The notes: generated by a model from the sequence alone, not told the origin. Numbered from the whole stretch's first letter, positions 11,641-25,980 are shown. The stretch is 63,136 nt of DNA, filler included, from Octopus bimaculoides (GCF_001194135.2; 7 parts of 6 records of this genome joined end to end with filler, not necessarily neighbours in it), one strand, 5' to 3'. Translations and numbers: made by a program.

Positions 11641-12315
11641 TTCGTGTGTGCATTTATATATCTACATCTATATGTATACATATATCTATATGTATGCTAC
11701 ACATATACGCATATGAATGTATACATACAGACACATTACATATATACATCATCCACAAACATGTTTATGTACCTTTATTAATAAAATTTGCGAGAGTGTG
11801 CTTGCGTATGTATCTTAGCGATTTTGAAGGGATTGCGTGAAGAAACGCGCAACACAATTTCAATTTCCTTTGCATGTAAACTTATAAATGTTTGCACTCA
11901 TGTTTTTTTGTATGTTTCCCTTCATGTAGGTATGTTTGTGGAGAGATAGCGAGAGAGTGAGGAGGTGGAGGAATAGCAGGAGAGGAGGAGGAGGAGGAGG
12001 AGGAGGAGGAGGAGNNNNNNNNNNNNNNNNNNNNNNNNNNNNNNNNNNNNNNNNNNNNNNNNNNNNNNNNNNNNNNNNNNNNNNNNNNNNNNNNNNNNNN
12101 NNNNNNNNNNNNNNNNNNNNNNNNNNNNNNNNNNNNNNNNNNNNNNNNNNNNNNNNNNNNNNNNNNNNNNNNNNNNNNNNNNNNNNNNNNNNNNNNNNNN
12201 NNNNNNNNNNNNNNNNNNNNNNNNNNNNNNNNNNNNNNNNNNNNNNNNNNNNNNNNNNNNNNNNNNNNNNNNNNNNNNNNNNNNNNNNNNNNNNNNNNNN
12301 NNNNNNNNNNNNNNN

Positions 12316-12396
<81 letters not shown>

Positions 12397-13904
12397 TATG
12401 TATGTATGTATGTATATATATACGTTTGAGTTTTTGTGTACAAGGAAATAAAAGATTATGAAAGAAATAAATGAAAAATAACATGAAATAATAAATGAAT
12501 AAATAAATAAATAAAAGAAGGAAAGAGAACGTATGTAGATAGATTGAACGTTGTTGACTGACCGCAAGCGGTATCTCGTTAATGTTCGATTATTCTTCCG
12601 ATAGTATTTTTTCAGTTCGTTCTGCGAAAACTAAAAATTTAGGAATAATGAAAGGTAATTATAGTTAGCAACGCTAATCATACAATTGGTACCAAGTCTG
12701 TCAGGCTTATACTTAAACAACCCTATGTTCCAAATAAAGCACCATAAATTCTGTATCTGCGTAATGCATGTATTTATGTGTGTGTGTGTGTGTGTGTGTG
12801 TGTGAGCGTGTGTGTGTTATGTGCATGTTTATACGCAGGATAGGCAAATGCTTAAGAAATTAACTTTAGGTCTAACAAAGAATTGGGTTCCATTTCAATA
12901 TGTGTCATTTTGTTTTAATCTTATTCTGTCAAACTGGGTACATAAATATTCAAAGGTAACCGCTTTCTAGATGCCATTTGTGATTTAAAACGACCAAACA
13001 AGCCATGCACCCAGTGATGCAAATATTTAACTAAACATGAAATTACATTTACATCTGGCAGACAAACTTATAGTTTGTGAATAACATGCATTATAATTTA
13101 ATGAGTTTTCAATGCCTGGATAGGAAGACAAGCAGTTAAGAGAATCATCAGTGCATCAGAATGAATTCATTGCTGTTTTCCATCCAGCTCTTTATAACCT
13201 GAATCCAAATATTCCAAGAGCAACTTATCCTGTTATTCCTACGGTATCTATTACATATTGAAACAGTAAACTAATGAGATCAACGTTGTCGGTGAACCCA
13301 TTCAATTAAAATAGTCACTTGTGTCTAAATTAGAAAAGACTCAATTGTATATGAATGTACATAAAATTGTCTTCTTGCATATGAATGTACATGAAACTGG
13401 ATGATTATGCGTGTGTTCGTAGATAGAATGTTATTAGTGGTAATAAACCTCCATTAACTGAAAAAAAAATCCTTATCACCTGCATTAAAAGCAGCCTCGG
13501 AGAACCAAGTCCAACGCTAGGTGTCCTATGGTTTTTTATTGTCTTAGTCAGGCGGATGTTTAACTAGATATGGAAGATTTTAAAATGATGCAAATTTTAT
13601 GTACCTTGTCTTTGGACAAATCATCTCAGGATGCAGTCATTACGGGGAAAGAAACATTTTAATTAGCACATTGGTTGCGCTGTAGGTCAAGTCTATATCA
13701 GAAGAGTTTTCGTGCGTAAACATTTCGAGTACATAAGTACCCGGAGTTGTTTTCAGATTCGATCTGGTAACTTCTGTCGGTAAAATGATACCCGACTCAA
13801 TATATTCAACGCAACAGTTTTAATATGTTAAAAACAAATTTTAACAGGAGATTTTTGTTTATCTGCTTATCTTTCAGACAACCAATGTATACACACAGAT
13901 TTAT

Positions 13905-13947
<43 letters not shown>

Positions 13948-13953
13948 CACACA

Positions 13954-13989
<36 letters not shown>

Positions 13990-14290
13990 AGTGTGCATGT
14001 ATATATATATATATATATACATTTGATTTTTAACATACAGACATACGTGCTGGCGTTGAAACTATGCATANNNNNNNNNNNNNNNNNNNNNNNNNNNNNN
14101 NNNNNNNNNNNNNNNNNNNNNNNNNNNNNNNNNNNNNNNNNNNNNNNNNNNNNNNNNNNNNNNNNNNNNNNNNNNNNNNNNNNNNNNNNNNNNNNNNNNN
14201 NNNNNNNNNNNNNNNNNNNNNNNNNNNNNNNNNNNNNNNNNNNNNNNNNNNNNNNNNNNNNNNNNNNNNNNNNNNNNNNNNNNNNNNNNN

Positions 14291-14321
<31 letters not shown>

Positions 14322-14455
14322 GTGTGTGTGTGTGTGTGTGATTCAGAAACAAGAATATTGTTGGTAGTGACTGATAATAACTTTGAAGTCTAGAATATTA
14401 TAGTTAGACCTTTCAGATGAATGCAGAATTGTTTTTTTATTATAACCGAACATAA

Positions 14456-14590
14456 GGCGGCGAACTGGCAGAATCGTTAACACTTTGGGCAAAATGTGTA
14501 GCGATATTTCGTCAGCCTTTGCTTTCTGAGTTCAAATTCCGCCGAGGTCGACTTTGCTTTTCACCCTTTCAGGGTCGATAAAATTAGTAT
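14456..14590 (+). mobile_element. tRNA-derived SINE family A (head and body)
   Basis: GGCGGCGAACTGGCAGAATCGTTAAC (box A) ... GAGTTCAAATTCC (box B) GCCGAGGTCGACTTTGCTTTTCACCCTTTCAGGGTCGATAAAATTAGTA. Confidence 0.85.
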
Positions 14591-15524
14591 TATTTGGACA
14601 TAGAAGGTAGAATAGCCCGAACACAGTCGAGGGGACGAAAAAACTGCTTTATTTATTCATGTTTTCTGTCGCTCCTCTTGTTTCGTTCAAAAAACCGAAA
14701 AAGGCTTGTATTGCCACATGTCAGCAAATTTTGGTATGGATTCATATAAAGGAGTTTTTTAAGGAATTGCCTTCAACATACTTGCCGCATGGTATATAAG
14801 AGACAACCAATATTTTCATTCACGCACATGTACGTATGATAAATGTACTGATACATTTAGATATAAAGGATTTGAAAAATCATTCACTAAAAAACATCAT
14901 TCGAAAAACAGGGAATATTTTCTATTTCCCAGATAATGAAACATAATTCTAGAAACATGTGAAAGCTCTCATATATAACTTTAAGTTCATATATATTGTG
15001 CAGTTATCTCTGAGAGTGTCCGAGTCCAACGTTTTGTAGTAATTTATACATAAACAGAATGCTAGATGAACTGTAATTGAAATTGAATGTGGTTGTTAAT
15101 TGTTGTCATTACGTTCTTTTTCTACACGAATGCCTCTATATCTTATAAACTTTTAGGAAATAGACAATAGTTTCTTTTTGATAGAGATAAATGGATTGGT
15201 ATCGTCCAGTGAATAGAACTAGACTCTGAAAAGTGAGCCTGTCATCCATAGTGTCCTGTTGTCATTTCATTGATTAATTTTTCAATATATCTTACCTAGA
15301 TGATTACCTTTCTTTGATAAGTGAAATCTATATTTTTTACACCAGAATTTATGTATATTCAGTTAATATTTGCAGTTTTAATCATTAATAATAAATATGT
15401 ACGTAATACATCTATCGAATAATCTACGCTAGTTTCCGACATGCATACCTATGAGCATACACTAACTGAGACTCATTCGTTTTAATGGGTGTATATATCC
15501 TTCTTTTTTGAAATATGTATGATA

Positions 15525-15566
<42 letters not shown>

Positions 15567-15674
15567 NNNNNNNNNNNNNNNNNNNNNNNNNNNNNNNNNN
15601 NNNNNNNNNNNNNNNNNNNNNNNNNNNNNNNNNNNNNNNNNNNNNNNNNNNNNNNNNNNNNNNNNNNNNNNNNN

Positions 15675-15714
<40 letters not shown>

Positions 15715-15762
15715 ATGTGTGCGTGTGTTGTGTGTTGTGTGTTCAAGAAGTTCTCTCCTCCT

Positions 15763-15965
15763 CTAAATCTTGTGGCTATACGCCAAACCATTGATAAAAA
15801 GCAGGTGCTCACACTTAATGACTGATATTATCTGCTCGTACAGATTTCTATAATTTTTACATGCTAATTGCGATTTGCACCGAGAAGCCGGATATAATCT
15901 GATACTCGCATTAAGACGGATAATACTGCATATTCTAACTAGACAAGAAACATACAACTCTGAAC
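15763..15965 (-). CDS. Possible downstream exon of the unidentified minus-strand gene (speculative)
   Basis: Acceptor tatattttcaag|GT; phase 1 is open for 67 codons (G-SELYVSCLVRICSIIRLNASIRLYP...). It would join the 18716 donor (ATGG|gtatat). No homology recognised. Confidence 0.15.
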
Positions 15966-16199
15966 CTTGAAAATATATACGTGTAGTCGTTAATCCAATA
16001 CAGTCTATTCTCGAAATGCAAATAAATTAAGCCGAACTGTGATGCTTAAAGATAATGCTTACTGTAATATATCCTTAATATTAAAAGTTTTCATTTCCGA
16101 TTTAGTGTATAACCTCCAAGTATCGTGTGAGCAGAGTTGAATTGGTTTGTAAATGCTAATAGTTGCATCTCGCGAATTAACTTAAATTGTAATATATGG

Positions 16200-16420
16200 T
16201 AGTTTCTACCATGGGCACAAGGCCTGACATTTGTGTCGTTGGAGGAAGGATTTGACGGCTGCATCGGTGCTTCACTGGTACTTATTTTATTGACCCCGAA
16301 ATTATGAAAGACAAAGTCAGCTTCGGCAGATTTTGAATTCAGAATGTATAGTGTATCGGTGGACGAACTGCGGCTACGCATTTTGTCCGGCATCCTAACA
16401 ATTCTGGCAGATGGTCGCTT
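16200..16420 (-). mobile_element. tRNA-derived SINE family A, full length, diverged
   Basis: TTTCTACCATGGGCACAAGGCCTG...GGTACTTATTTTATTGACCCCGAAATTATGAAAGACAAAGTCAGCTTCGGCAGATTTTGAATTCAGAA...CTAACAATTCTGGCAGATGGTCGC is the inverse of the 14456 copy plus its tail. Confidence 0.75.
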
Positions 16421-18704
16421 TTAAATTGTAATATATAATACAACCGATTTTTATAAATTTTGAAAAATTGATAATTTGTGGGGAAAACAATTTTTAAGAA
16501 AAATTATAATAACAAATAAATGATTTTGTAAATTATTTTACATTATTAACGTAATATGTTCTATAAAAAATATGGGCGTCTATTAATTGCGCATTCTCGA
16601 TTATTCTTATCAACAAGACCGAAACTATGTGCTTTCAATAAAACAATCATTCATAATCATATATTTGTTTTCTCATAGAACATGCATAGGAAAATAATTT
16701 TGTTTTACGTTTTGTAAATGTATAACTTCTAAAAAATTATTATTTTTGAGACCCAAAATATATTTCTTTAGCAATGTAGTGGAATAATTTTTCCTATTAC
16801 ATTTTTACTGTATTTATTCAGCCAGATCCTTGTGACTGATACAGTTTCGTATAATTTGGATATCAGTGTCTATGGTCATTAGAAACACCTGATTGCAATT
16901 TCTAAGTGACTGTGAACTTCCGAAATTAAGAGAGACACTCGGTTAAAACCTAACACAACTACGTAAGATGTAGGAGAGATAATAAAATATAATTTTTATT
17001 CCTACCAAATCAAAAGGCATTTCATAGCAATTATGGAAGTCATAATTGAATTTAACATTAAGTTTGATTACTCTGCCACTCAATAAGGTTTTCTGGTAGT
17101 CTCATATCAATGTTAGCCTCATTTATCCCAAATGGGTCTACTACCAAACTTTAATGACCATTTGAAGGGGATCTTTGAAATAATTTCGTTATCTTTGATC
17201 AATTTCTGAAAGTGCTTCATGCATATTAAATTATGATAATCTTGCAGGTCCTCTACCAATTGTTGGAAAATTTACCAAATCCTTACACACGCAATCTACC
17301 CTCAATAGACTAAGTCTTCGAAGGAAAACACTAACAACCATTAATCTAAACGACATCACCCAAAAATACTGACTTAATTTTCACTGCAGTAAATAGTATA
17401 ATTCCTGAAGAAAACAGCTCATATGAGGACAAATTGTAGTTCCTATCAATAAGATGCTTGAAAAAAAAAGATATATACAGTTTAGCATTGTACATTATGC
17501 TTTATCACAATGGTTGAAGATTTTTGGAGATAAATCCAAGAAAACAAAATTCGCTTTTCTTAATTGAACACTTGCACAGCATTCTGCATCAACTATTTTT
17601 AAAACAATAAGAAACAACCAAACAACATCATTATTCCATACATTGCATACACACCGAACAAGTAATAATTAGTGTTGAGTTCTGTTTCTTTAAAAGAAAA
17701 CAACATTCGACCTTAATTTGAATTAAATGGTTTCAAGTAAAGCATATGCAAGTGTTAACGAGAAAATTCAGGAAGGATTACGAAAATTAATCCCTTGCCA
17801 CAAAATATTGTGTTATCGCAATGGCTTTACTTCAACTGATTTTGAAGAATTATACGAAATGAAATCGTTTGCATTTGCTTATCAGCGTGTTACGAATTGC
17901 AGTGTATAAGACTTCAAGTGCGTTCATATGTGTCTCCCTAGGTACACACATTTATACACACTACAAGTCAAACAAATGATTTTTAGGAATGATTCCAAAT
18001 TCATAGAATTTCTCGTATTTACTGAGAGGAAACTTACAGTTGTTTAACAATGCTTATATGGGATTCTTTTCTGAGTTAATTTTCAGTTATTTTATTAACA
18101 TAGGTTACTTGCGTTTCACTTAGCTGATAGCATTCAATATAAGTGAAATATTTCAATCTACCATATGGCATACATAAGTTCATCCGTAATCGCAGAAGGC
18201 ATAACACATTTGATAAAAATTTAGAGCATTAAACTTCGTGATTAGAATAAAAATTTTGTCGTTTGACAATGGAACGCATTAAAATAGTTTATGCTTCAAT
18301 AGGTGCCATAAGTTGCTAGTCGACATAAAGGATTTAGAATTTGCTAATTACAACTTTATATTTAAATTGTTCAAATATTTTAAATGATCAATGTGTGGTT
18401 CGTGTCGTAAAGCAAATGGAAGCCTAAGGGCCATTCGTGTGGATGACCTAGTTTCTATCCGCTGTTACGGCAATGCTTTTCTTTTGCATTGTGGATTTCC
18501 CTCGTGCTGTTATTTTCATTGTTTTCATTTCCCTTAGATTTATATTTGCCTAAAGGTTAAATAGCAACACAATATTCTAAACAACAAAATCTGCGTGAAC
18601 GAAGGGTTCGAATGTAATTTCTGTACGGCGTTTTACTTGTTTCGCTCTCATTTGGATTTTTGAAGACATTCTGCATCAGTAAATTGGGATTTTCACAGCA
18701 GCAC

Positions 18705-18741
18705 TTAATATATACCCATGGCAAGTATATTGTTGACAAGG
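18705..18741 (-). CDS. Candidate exon 6 (terminal, or internal to 18716) of an unidentified gene: (I)LVNNILAMGIY*
   Basis: Acceptor tatatttcttgtag|C; the phase-2 start matches the preceding candidate exon; alternative donor ATGG|gtatat at 18716. Confidence 0.35.
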
Positions 18742-19096
18742 CTACAAGAAATATAATCATATTTACGAAAATTAACCAATGTTTGATTTAGTAATAATTA
18801 AATACATCGTTAAGTCATTTGTGAGTACATTCACAGATAATTTGAGTTCATTTTATTTGGTCAGTTATTCACGACAATTTTATGAGGCTAACGTTCCTTC
18901 TCTTTAGTCAAGACGAAAATATTTCAACTGTTTAGTTATGTCCGATTAGTAATAAATCTACTGCTGCTACTGCTACAAATAATACCACATAAAAATCACC
19001 ACCACCACCATCACCACTATTTCGGAGAAATGTAATTTATATTCATTTTCTCAAATATATTTTACTGTACCAATGGCTTTGTGTTTCTCATTCTTC

Positions 19097-19145
<49 letters not shown>

Positions 19146-19147
<2 letters not shown>

Positions 19148-19303
19148 AAGACTATTTGCCAACATAATGTGGCAGACCTGTTTGGAACGACTGTTACTGC
19201 TGTTTAGCTAGTTATACGACACAATATCTATGTCCTTATATTTTTGAACAGCGTAGCTCACCAGCCCCTAGGGCTGCCACATCATGTTGGTAAATAGTCT
19301 TTA
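19146..19303. mobile_element. 158-bp MITE with ~33-bp TIRs
   Basis: TAAAGACTATTTGCCAACATAATGTGGCAGACC versus the reverse complement of the right end, TAAAGACTATTTACCAACATGATGTGGCAGCCC; TA at both ends. Confidence 0.75.
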
Positions 19304-19412
19304 CTTTAAAGTACTATTACTGAATATTTCTCTTTGATAGATTAAGGAATAACAATGTTTGCATTTGATTGTCACTTTGAAAATTGTGATTGATTGTCAC
19401 TTTGAAAATTAC

Positions 19413-19465
19413 ATATTTTCGAACGGGAATTCAGCAGTGCCCTCTAGCCAAGCAACTACTCTGTC
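19413..19465 (-). CDS. Candidate exon 5 of an unidentified gene: DRVVAWLEGTAEFPFEN(I)
   Basis: Strong acceptor ttatttctctttctcag|GAC, donor AATAT|gtaatt, 53 nt, phase 0 to 2, GC-richer than the flanks. Confidence 0.45.
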
Positions 19466-19599
19466 CTGAGAAAGAGAAATAACCTAGAAACCGGTCCAAA
19501 ATTGTTGCTCTGCGCTGGATGGGGAAGTTGTACTCCCCTATTCGAAATTGTAAAAGCACAGATATTGTGTCGTATAGCCAGTTGGAAACGACGTTTCCT

Positions 19600-20072
19600 G
19601 TAGCTAAACAATAAGAACAATCGTCCCATCCATACTGCTACGATCTTTAGGCTGAAGTCTAACGGCCTCGCCTACTGCAGCTACATTCCACCCCACGTTT
19701 CGCCTCATGCGGTTGGATAAGTATGACAACACCAAGATCGCGAAGGTGAGGAAAAGCATGAAGGGTGAAGTGGAGGAGGTCATGTGGTAGCAGTCTGACG
19801 AAGTGAGCAGCAACATTGGAAGCTGCAACAACAAAGAGGAGGATGACTTCTTCAGTGGTGTCACCGTGCCAAAAGAAAGCAGTAGGGGCCACAGATCACA
19901 CAAGGTCAAGACTTTAATTTTTTATTTAATAAAAATCAATGTTAACGATTTATCAATAACTTCCGTTACATCTTTAAAGAATTAGCTGATTAACGGTTAT
20001 TGAGGTTAAGTTTTTGATTAACGGATTATTGGTTAACGAAGGTAACTTCTTGATTAACGGTGCCCACCTTTG
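19600..20072 (+). mobile_element. hAT transposon 3' fragment (transposase remnant, subterminal repeats and right TIR)
   Basis: Translation AAATFHPTFRLMRLDKYDNTKIAKVRK..EEDDFFS is hAT C-terminus-like; repeated TTAACG(G) motifs at 19948-20060; the end GTGCCCACCTTTG is the inverse of CAAAGGTGGGCAC. Confidence 0.55.
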
Positions 20073-20298
20073 TAAATAGTCACATGTGCAGCTAAAAATC
20101 AACCGAATATTATAACATTCCCTGTAAATAAATTCGGTGAATGTACAACTCAGCAGAATCGCATCAACTAAGAAACAATCCTTCATAAACGTATTTCGGC
20201 CATGTCGCCAACGCTATTCTAATTTTAGCTACATTTGACACAGCCACGACTACTGCTAGTGATTGTTAGGCCTACAAATGCTACAGCCACTGTCTTAC

Positions 20299-20378
20299 GT
20301 GTAGACACACCAGCAGTTGCTCATGACAGTCACATTTGCTGCTTCTTTTATTGAGACCTACTCCTTCCAGTGTTCGTA
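20299..20378 (-). CDS. Candidate exon 4 of an unidentified gene: (V)RTLEGVGLNKRSSKCDCHEQLLVCLH
   Basis: Acceptor tttcactttcattcttgctaattggcag|TA (with CTAAT branch point), donor CAC|gtaaga, 80 nt, phase 1 to 0. Confidence 0.45.
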
Positions 20379-20564
20379 CTGCCAATTAGCAAGAATGAAA
20401 GTGAAACGAGACAACAACGTTCTGTGATTTCTCCCAGGAAAAATATCAGTTTGTAAATTTTATATTATGAAAGAAGACGATAATTTATTTTAATTTATTC
20501 TTTTAACATGATTAAATCATCTTTACTCCGTTAATTGATCCCTTATTAAATTTACGAGGGATAT

Positions 20565-20643
<79 letters not shown>

Positions 20644-22089
20644 TATGTGTCTGTATGTGTGTGCTCGAGTTTGTATTTATAGTTATTCAACCGCAAGTCC
20701 ACCCAATCGATCTCATATATGATCAGCAATATTCCAGCTCTAATTATCCATTCTTGTCCTCTGCCGATCGAAGCGAGGATTACATTATACATTTTGTCAA
20801 TTATAGAATGGGAGGCTGTGATATGGATGAAGGGAGTTAGACTACAACATCTAGTACATAAATGGACTCTATGCGCAAATTATTTTTTCTTTGGAGTGGG
20901 GGTTGGGGCTATAAAGTATGTCAGTAAGAAAGGCCTTACCAATTGTTTGTATTTCATCTTAATATGTCATTGCACGTGGTCTCATTGCATAAAGTCTTTT
21001 GTACGGCCAGCTAGATTCGAGTGCACAAAGAACAAAGAAAGCTTTACATTTGAAGCAAATGGATTGTTTTTCTCTAAGGCCTGAATTATGAGGAATCCAG
21101 TAACTGAGTCTAAATGCTATCAAAAGAGTAGGCTCAAGCAAATCTACGTATAAAATGAAGGTGGTAGTGATAAACTACGTAGAAACTAAATATGCTTAAT
21201 CAGATAATCTATGGCTTTTCTAAAGTCCTAGGCGTCAGTCGATGGGAGATTGTAGTAGAACGAACTTCGCCAGAGTGCTTATAACTTAGAATCAAACCAA
21301 GAGAAAATTATTACAAGTTTTTGAATCGCCCTGCTTTCCGTTGTTGCCAACAGTAGAGTGACTATTTACAAGATTAACGCAACTAAGAATAACGCCAACT
21401 GGAATTAGCAAGAGAGGATGTCACATAAGTTTCTATACTTCTGCTCTTTTTCTGAATGTAAATAACACCGACCATCTAGTTCCAATAGAACTTCCTTTAC
21501 CAAAATAATGAAAAAAGAAAAAAAAACCAAAAAAAAACCAACAAACAAACATGTTAATCACTCTGAAATCAACAATATATTTATCAGTAACATTCATGTA
21601 TATTAAAAATCTGCATACAACGTTTATTTTTCTTCTTTTGCTGTGGTTTCACACCACATGATCTTTTTTGCTTGAGAAAAGAATAAACATGGTACATCTA
21701 AAGAAATCATTCACATGTGAAAGTTCTTTGACACCTTAAAGAAATCATTCTATATCATTAAGTGAAGAGGCACACATGCACATGAACTGCAACAGATGGA
21801 TGCCATGCAACTAACACGTGGTTCTAATTCTCGATTCAAAAATTTTCTATGAATGACTATGCTTCAATACCAACTGATTAACAGGAAAACTTTCTAAATT
21901 TCTTTTCCCTCCTTAATCTCAGTTTTTTTTCTGTCTATATAAGAGAACGTTCAATACTTTTTGGCATGACAACATCCTTTTATCAATTTATTGTATACCC
22001 GTGTGCCTCAGNNNNNNNNNNTATATATACTGTATCTCTCTATTTATTCATGTATTTAACAAATAACAAATAGAAAAGTTTCGCATGCC

Positions 22090-22410
22090 AATTAGAAAAC
22101 AAGCCTTTCGGGGTTTAATCTCGTTCATCTCCTTTGATGTGTTCTTAATACAAGAGTCAGAAAAGCTTCGCTTATATCTTATTTGTCTGAGATCTTTTGT
22201 TAATAACACAACCTTTGATTTGTTTGATATTTTGGCTTTCTAGAATATTCTTATTTACAATGGGATAATGTTCATCTTTTCATGTTTCGTCCCTGGTTAT
22301 TTATTCTGGAATGCTTCTTTTAATTTACCGATTTCTTTGTGCACTTCTCAATTTCTGTCAAAAGTTTTCTTTGTCTGTAATGACTCGTAATGTCTGTTAT
22401 TCCGCCGCAT
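22090..22410 (-). mobile_element. Degenerate Penelope-like RT C-terminal fragment
   Basis: YRQRKLLTEIEKCTKKSVN*RS...YPIVNKNILESQNIKQIKGCVINKRSQTNKI loosely matches the Penelope region upstream of GIY-YIG; many stops. Confidence 0.35.
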
Positions 22411-23092
22411 GTTTTAATATGACAAAAATAAAACAAAGGCACCTTATCATAAGTATATTATAAATATATATATATATCATATATTTTTGTATTATTATAA
22501 ATATGCATTTACATAAAAATAGTCGTACATACTTTATATATACTCTCAGAGTTTTATGTGTATATGTGCAGCATTATAAAAAGTAGACATTACATTAGCA
22601 TTCCATGTCATGCTTTAGTATGGTTCTTCGCAGAACATGTTCTGGTATTCTGGTGAACGAAGTGTCAATTCACGTCATCTCTCTTTCATGTTTACCTCAC
22701 ATAATTGAAGTCGCAGGCATGTTAGTCTCATGACACTGCAGATATGTTCGTCTTTGGTATCACATTGGGGATATTTTGTATAAGACGAGAAGAAATTGTT
22801 TTCGAAGATGGATTGCAATTTTGCAATTAATTTACAAGTGAATTAAACTGAAGACATATATGATCGGTGAGAATTAAAAGAAAATCATATTCAAAACGGG
22901 AAACGGAAAAAAACCCTACCTCACTTCACACCTTTGAAATAACTTATGATGACATATTCCAGTATGTTTCAGATATATTCCTCAAATTGTATGAATGTAT
23001 TTTGTAATTTTTGTTGAAAGAAAAATAAATTTGTGTGCATGTATGTCTCTACGTCTGTCTGTATGTATGCATGTATATATGTATATATGAAT

Positions 23093-23222
<130 letters not shown>

Positions 23223-23633
23223 GTCTGCATGTATGTATATATAATCCATATAAGAAGACTAATATTTTAGCAATCTTTAATAACCAAGTACAATCATATT
23301 TAGGTACCACTCTGTTTTCACGCCATTGCACTCATTAGTGATATTTGCGGTTTTAGACATTAGAATGACACTTTATTAAAATTGCATCAAATTATAGATT
23401 CTTTCATTTTGCAACCGCCAAGCGTTGTACATTGCTCGTATCTGGAGGAAACAATAAGTATAAAATAAGAATAAAAAATTGTGAAATCGCTATCAAGCCT
23501 GTGATTTTAAAATATATGGGATTTGGGAAAATGAGCGCGGCAATGCTTTAGATATGTATAGCTTTCATCCAAGGATTATTGTGATTATTGTTATATTTAT
23601 TCGCCATTATGTTGGTACAGTGCGATGCAATAC

Positions 23634-23716
23634 CTAAAATTTCTTCACCAATGAGTGTCATTAAACTTTGGCCGGCATAATGGAAATGAGCTCTATTTGC
23701 ATATTCAAGACGTTCC
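23634..23716 (-). CDS. Candidate exon 3 of an unidentified gene: (M)ERLEYANRAHFHYAGQSLMTLIGEEIL
   Basis: Acceptor gttttttttaag|G, donor TTAG|gtattg, 83 nt; only one frame is open (phase 2 to 1). Confidence 0.45.
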
Positions 23717-24539
23717 CTTAAAAAAAAACTTGAAAGATGCACAAGGAGCAGATACAGACACTTGCACAATCACATAAACAGAGGCAACACGTATACAGAC
23801 ATACACAAGTACACATTCATATATACACTAACATACATATAGGCACATACGTATAAGTTACCATTTACCTGAGAAATTTACATAATCAATATGAGATATA
23901 CTATTTAGAATTTTTTCTGCTTTCCTTTTTCATTGCTAAATGAAAATAAGCTTGTACGATCGTAAGTGACTCGCTAGCTAAAATTCGATACATTTTAAGA
24001 TATTGAGAAAAAAATTAAACGATGAAAGCGGTACACTCGGAAAAATTATTGATAATTTAAATATTCAAGTAGAAGTATGACTTAATATTCCTTCGATGCA
24101 TTTAAGACACCGAGAAAACGTCTGCAAGTTACATATCAATCACATCGCTTATGATACATGCATGCTTACACACATACATAATACATACATACATACATAC
24201 ATGCATGCATACATACATACATACATACATACATGCATGCATACATACCCATATATATGCGCATACGTGTGTGTGAATTGGCTTCTTTGTATATTTATGA
24301 GTGTATATCAGGTTATATACATATCTGTGTCTACGTATGCTGCCGTATGTATTTAAATATTCTATTTGGTAAACAACTATCAGAAGATATTTTGCTCAAC
24401 GATGTTTTGTGATTATAATTTGTCGATTTTCATTCAAGATATGGCATGAAGAAATCAGTAGATACTTATCTAAAACTATATACAATTTTTATATTTCCAG
24501 CACACACACACATATACACGCACACAACACACACAGAAC

Positions 24540-24615
<76 letters not shown>

Positions 24616-25339
24616 TGATATGATATGATATATATACATATATGTCTTGCTGAATTACAGCTGTATATATTTTTCTCTGTTGAAATCAAAGGAGATATGT
24701 TATCTTAATATTCTGTGGTTAGCATAATAAAAGGCCATTGAAATATCAAGGCTGAGAAATTTTAGATTATCTTCCTTGGAATAACTGGCCAACAGGGGAC
24801 ACTGCATGTCATGTATGTTATCCTGGTGTCTTACGCGTCAGGAACAAGAATCTTTAATATTTCACCCTTAAACTTGTTCTAATATCCAGTCCTTGTAGAG
24901 CTGCATTATTATTTCCTTACTTTAAAATTGTTGTTTCGCACTGCTTGCTTGTCTTCATGAGGAGAGGAAAAAAATTATAACATAATTTAAATCTGGTTAC
25001 GTGAAATTTGTTTTACTTTACTTACGGAAACTTTGCACCTACTGTAGCAGTTGTTGGGCGGGTGAGAGTTTACCTTCTTCACACGCATACACTAATATCT
25101 CTAGCATTTGTACGCACTTTGACTTGTTAAAATTTTCCAAGATATAAAGAAAAGCTGTAGTGAATTCTCCAGCCAGTTAAATGTCTGTATATTAAACGGA
25201 CATGATATCAACTTTGCTACACTATAGGCATAATACTACAATATAGCCATAATACCTTCCAACGTCATTTATGATATCAGTGCTATCTCATATATGAAGA
25301 CCAAAATTAGTAACAAAAATTACGACACTAAAGACTTAC

Positions 25340-25400
25340 ATGTTCCTGGCCCAGCTTTGATTCGAAACATGTTCTCCAATAAAGCTAGGTTCTGACCGTA
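25340..25400 (-). CDS. Candidate exon 2 of an unidentified gene: (L)RSEPSFIGEHVSNQSWARN
   Basis: Acceptor aaattttcctgtaaag|TA (alternative AG 9 nt downstream, same phase), donor AACAT|gtaagt, phase 1 to 2. Confidence 0.4.
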
Positions 25401-25518
25401 CTTTACAGGAAAATTTAAGGCTATTTCCATCCTTGATAAAATTTGGTCCAACATTTTATACAAATAGTGTTCGTTAGCGTGTGGTAAGCCGATGGAAGAA
25501 ATATTACCAATTACTTAC

Positions 25519-25576
25519 GGGCATAATGTAGCATTGACAATGTGAATAAGCTCGAAATATATATTTCGGACAACAT
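25519..25576 (-). CDS. Candidate exon 1 (or internal exon) of an unidentified gene: MLSEIYISSLFTLSMLHYA
   Basis: Donor GCCC|gtaagt ending in phase 1; in-frame ATG at 25576. The 5' boundary is uncertain (alternative acceptor atttcgag|C at 25550). Confidence 0.3.
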
Positions 25577-25834
25577 ACGATTACGTATCTGCCTGTCTGT
25601 CTGTCTGTCTCTGTCTCTATCTCTTTCTCTCTCTCTATTCACGTATACATTTATATGTGTATAATGTTCACACACGCACACCCATACATACATACATACA
25701 TACGAACGTACGTACGTACGCACACACATATGTACATATATTCATTCTCTGCTTATATTTCTCTTATTCCTTTCTGTTGAAGAGCTTAGGTTCGAAAAGT
25801 AAAATACTTCATTTTCCTGAACGTCTTCGTCTTT

Positions 25835-25869
<35 letters not shown>

Positions 25870-25980
25870 ATATATATATANNNNNNNNNNNNNNNNNNNN
25901 NNNNNNNNNNNNNNNNNNNNNNNNTTAATTAATTAANNNNNNNNNNNNNNNNNNNNNNNNNNNNNNNNNNNNNNNNNNNN

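Noticed and set aside
18557-18760. 67-aa ORF resembling a membrane-protein tail (..PWVYIKCCC..)
   Set aside because: This frame would need phase 1 at the 18741 acceptor, whereas the nearest upstream candidate exon ends in phase 2. It would be viable only by skipping two exons.
19413-20299. Resemblance of the candidate protein to cryptochrome (W.EG..FP), group III PLA2 or RibA (S.CDC.EQL) and RNase III (ERLE) motifs
   Set aside because: Each match is only a few residues and the flanking catalytic motifs are absent, so no product or gene symbol was assigned.
20930-21012. Minus-strand segment with a strong donor (TTG|gtaagg) and a plausible acceptor; similar cases near 22700 and 24830
   Set aside because: Stops occur in all frames or the phase is incompatible with the exon chain. 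They show that chance exon-like signals are common here.
25925-25936. TTAATTAATTAA motif recurring six times
   Set aside because: Always centred in N44 flanks totalling 100 bp, so it is an artificial linker. Adjacency across these linkers should not be trusted.
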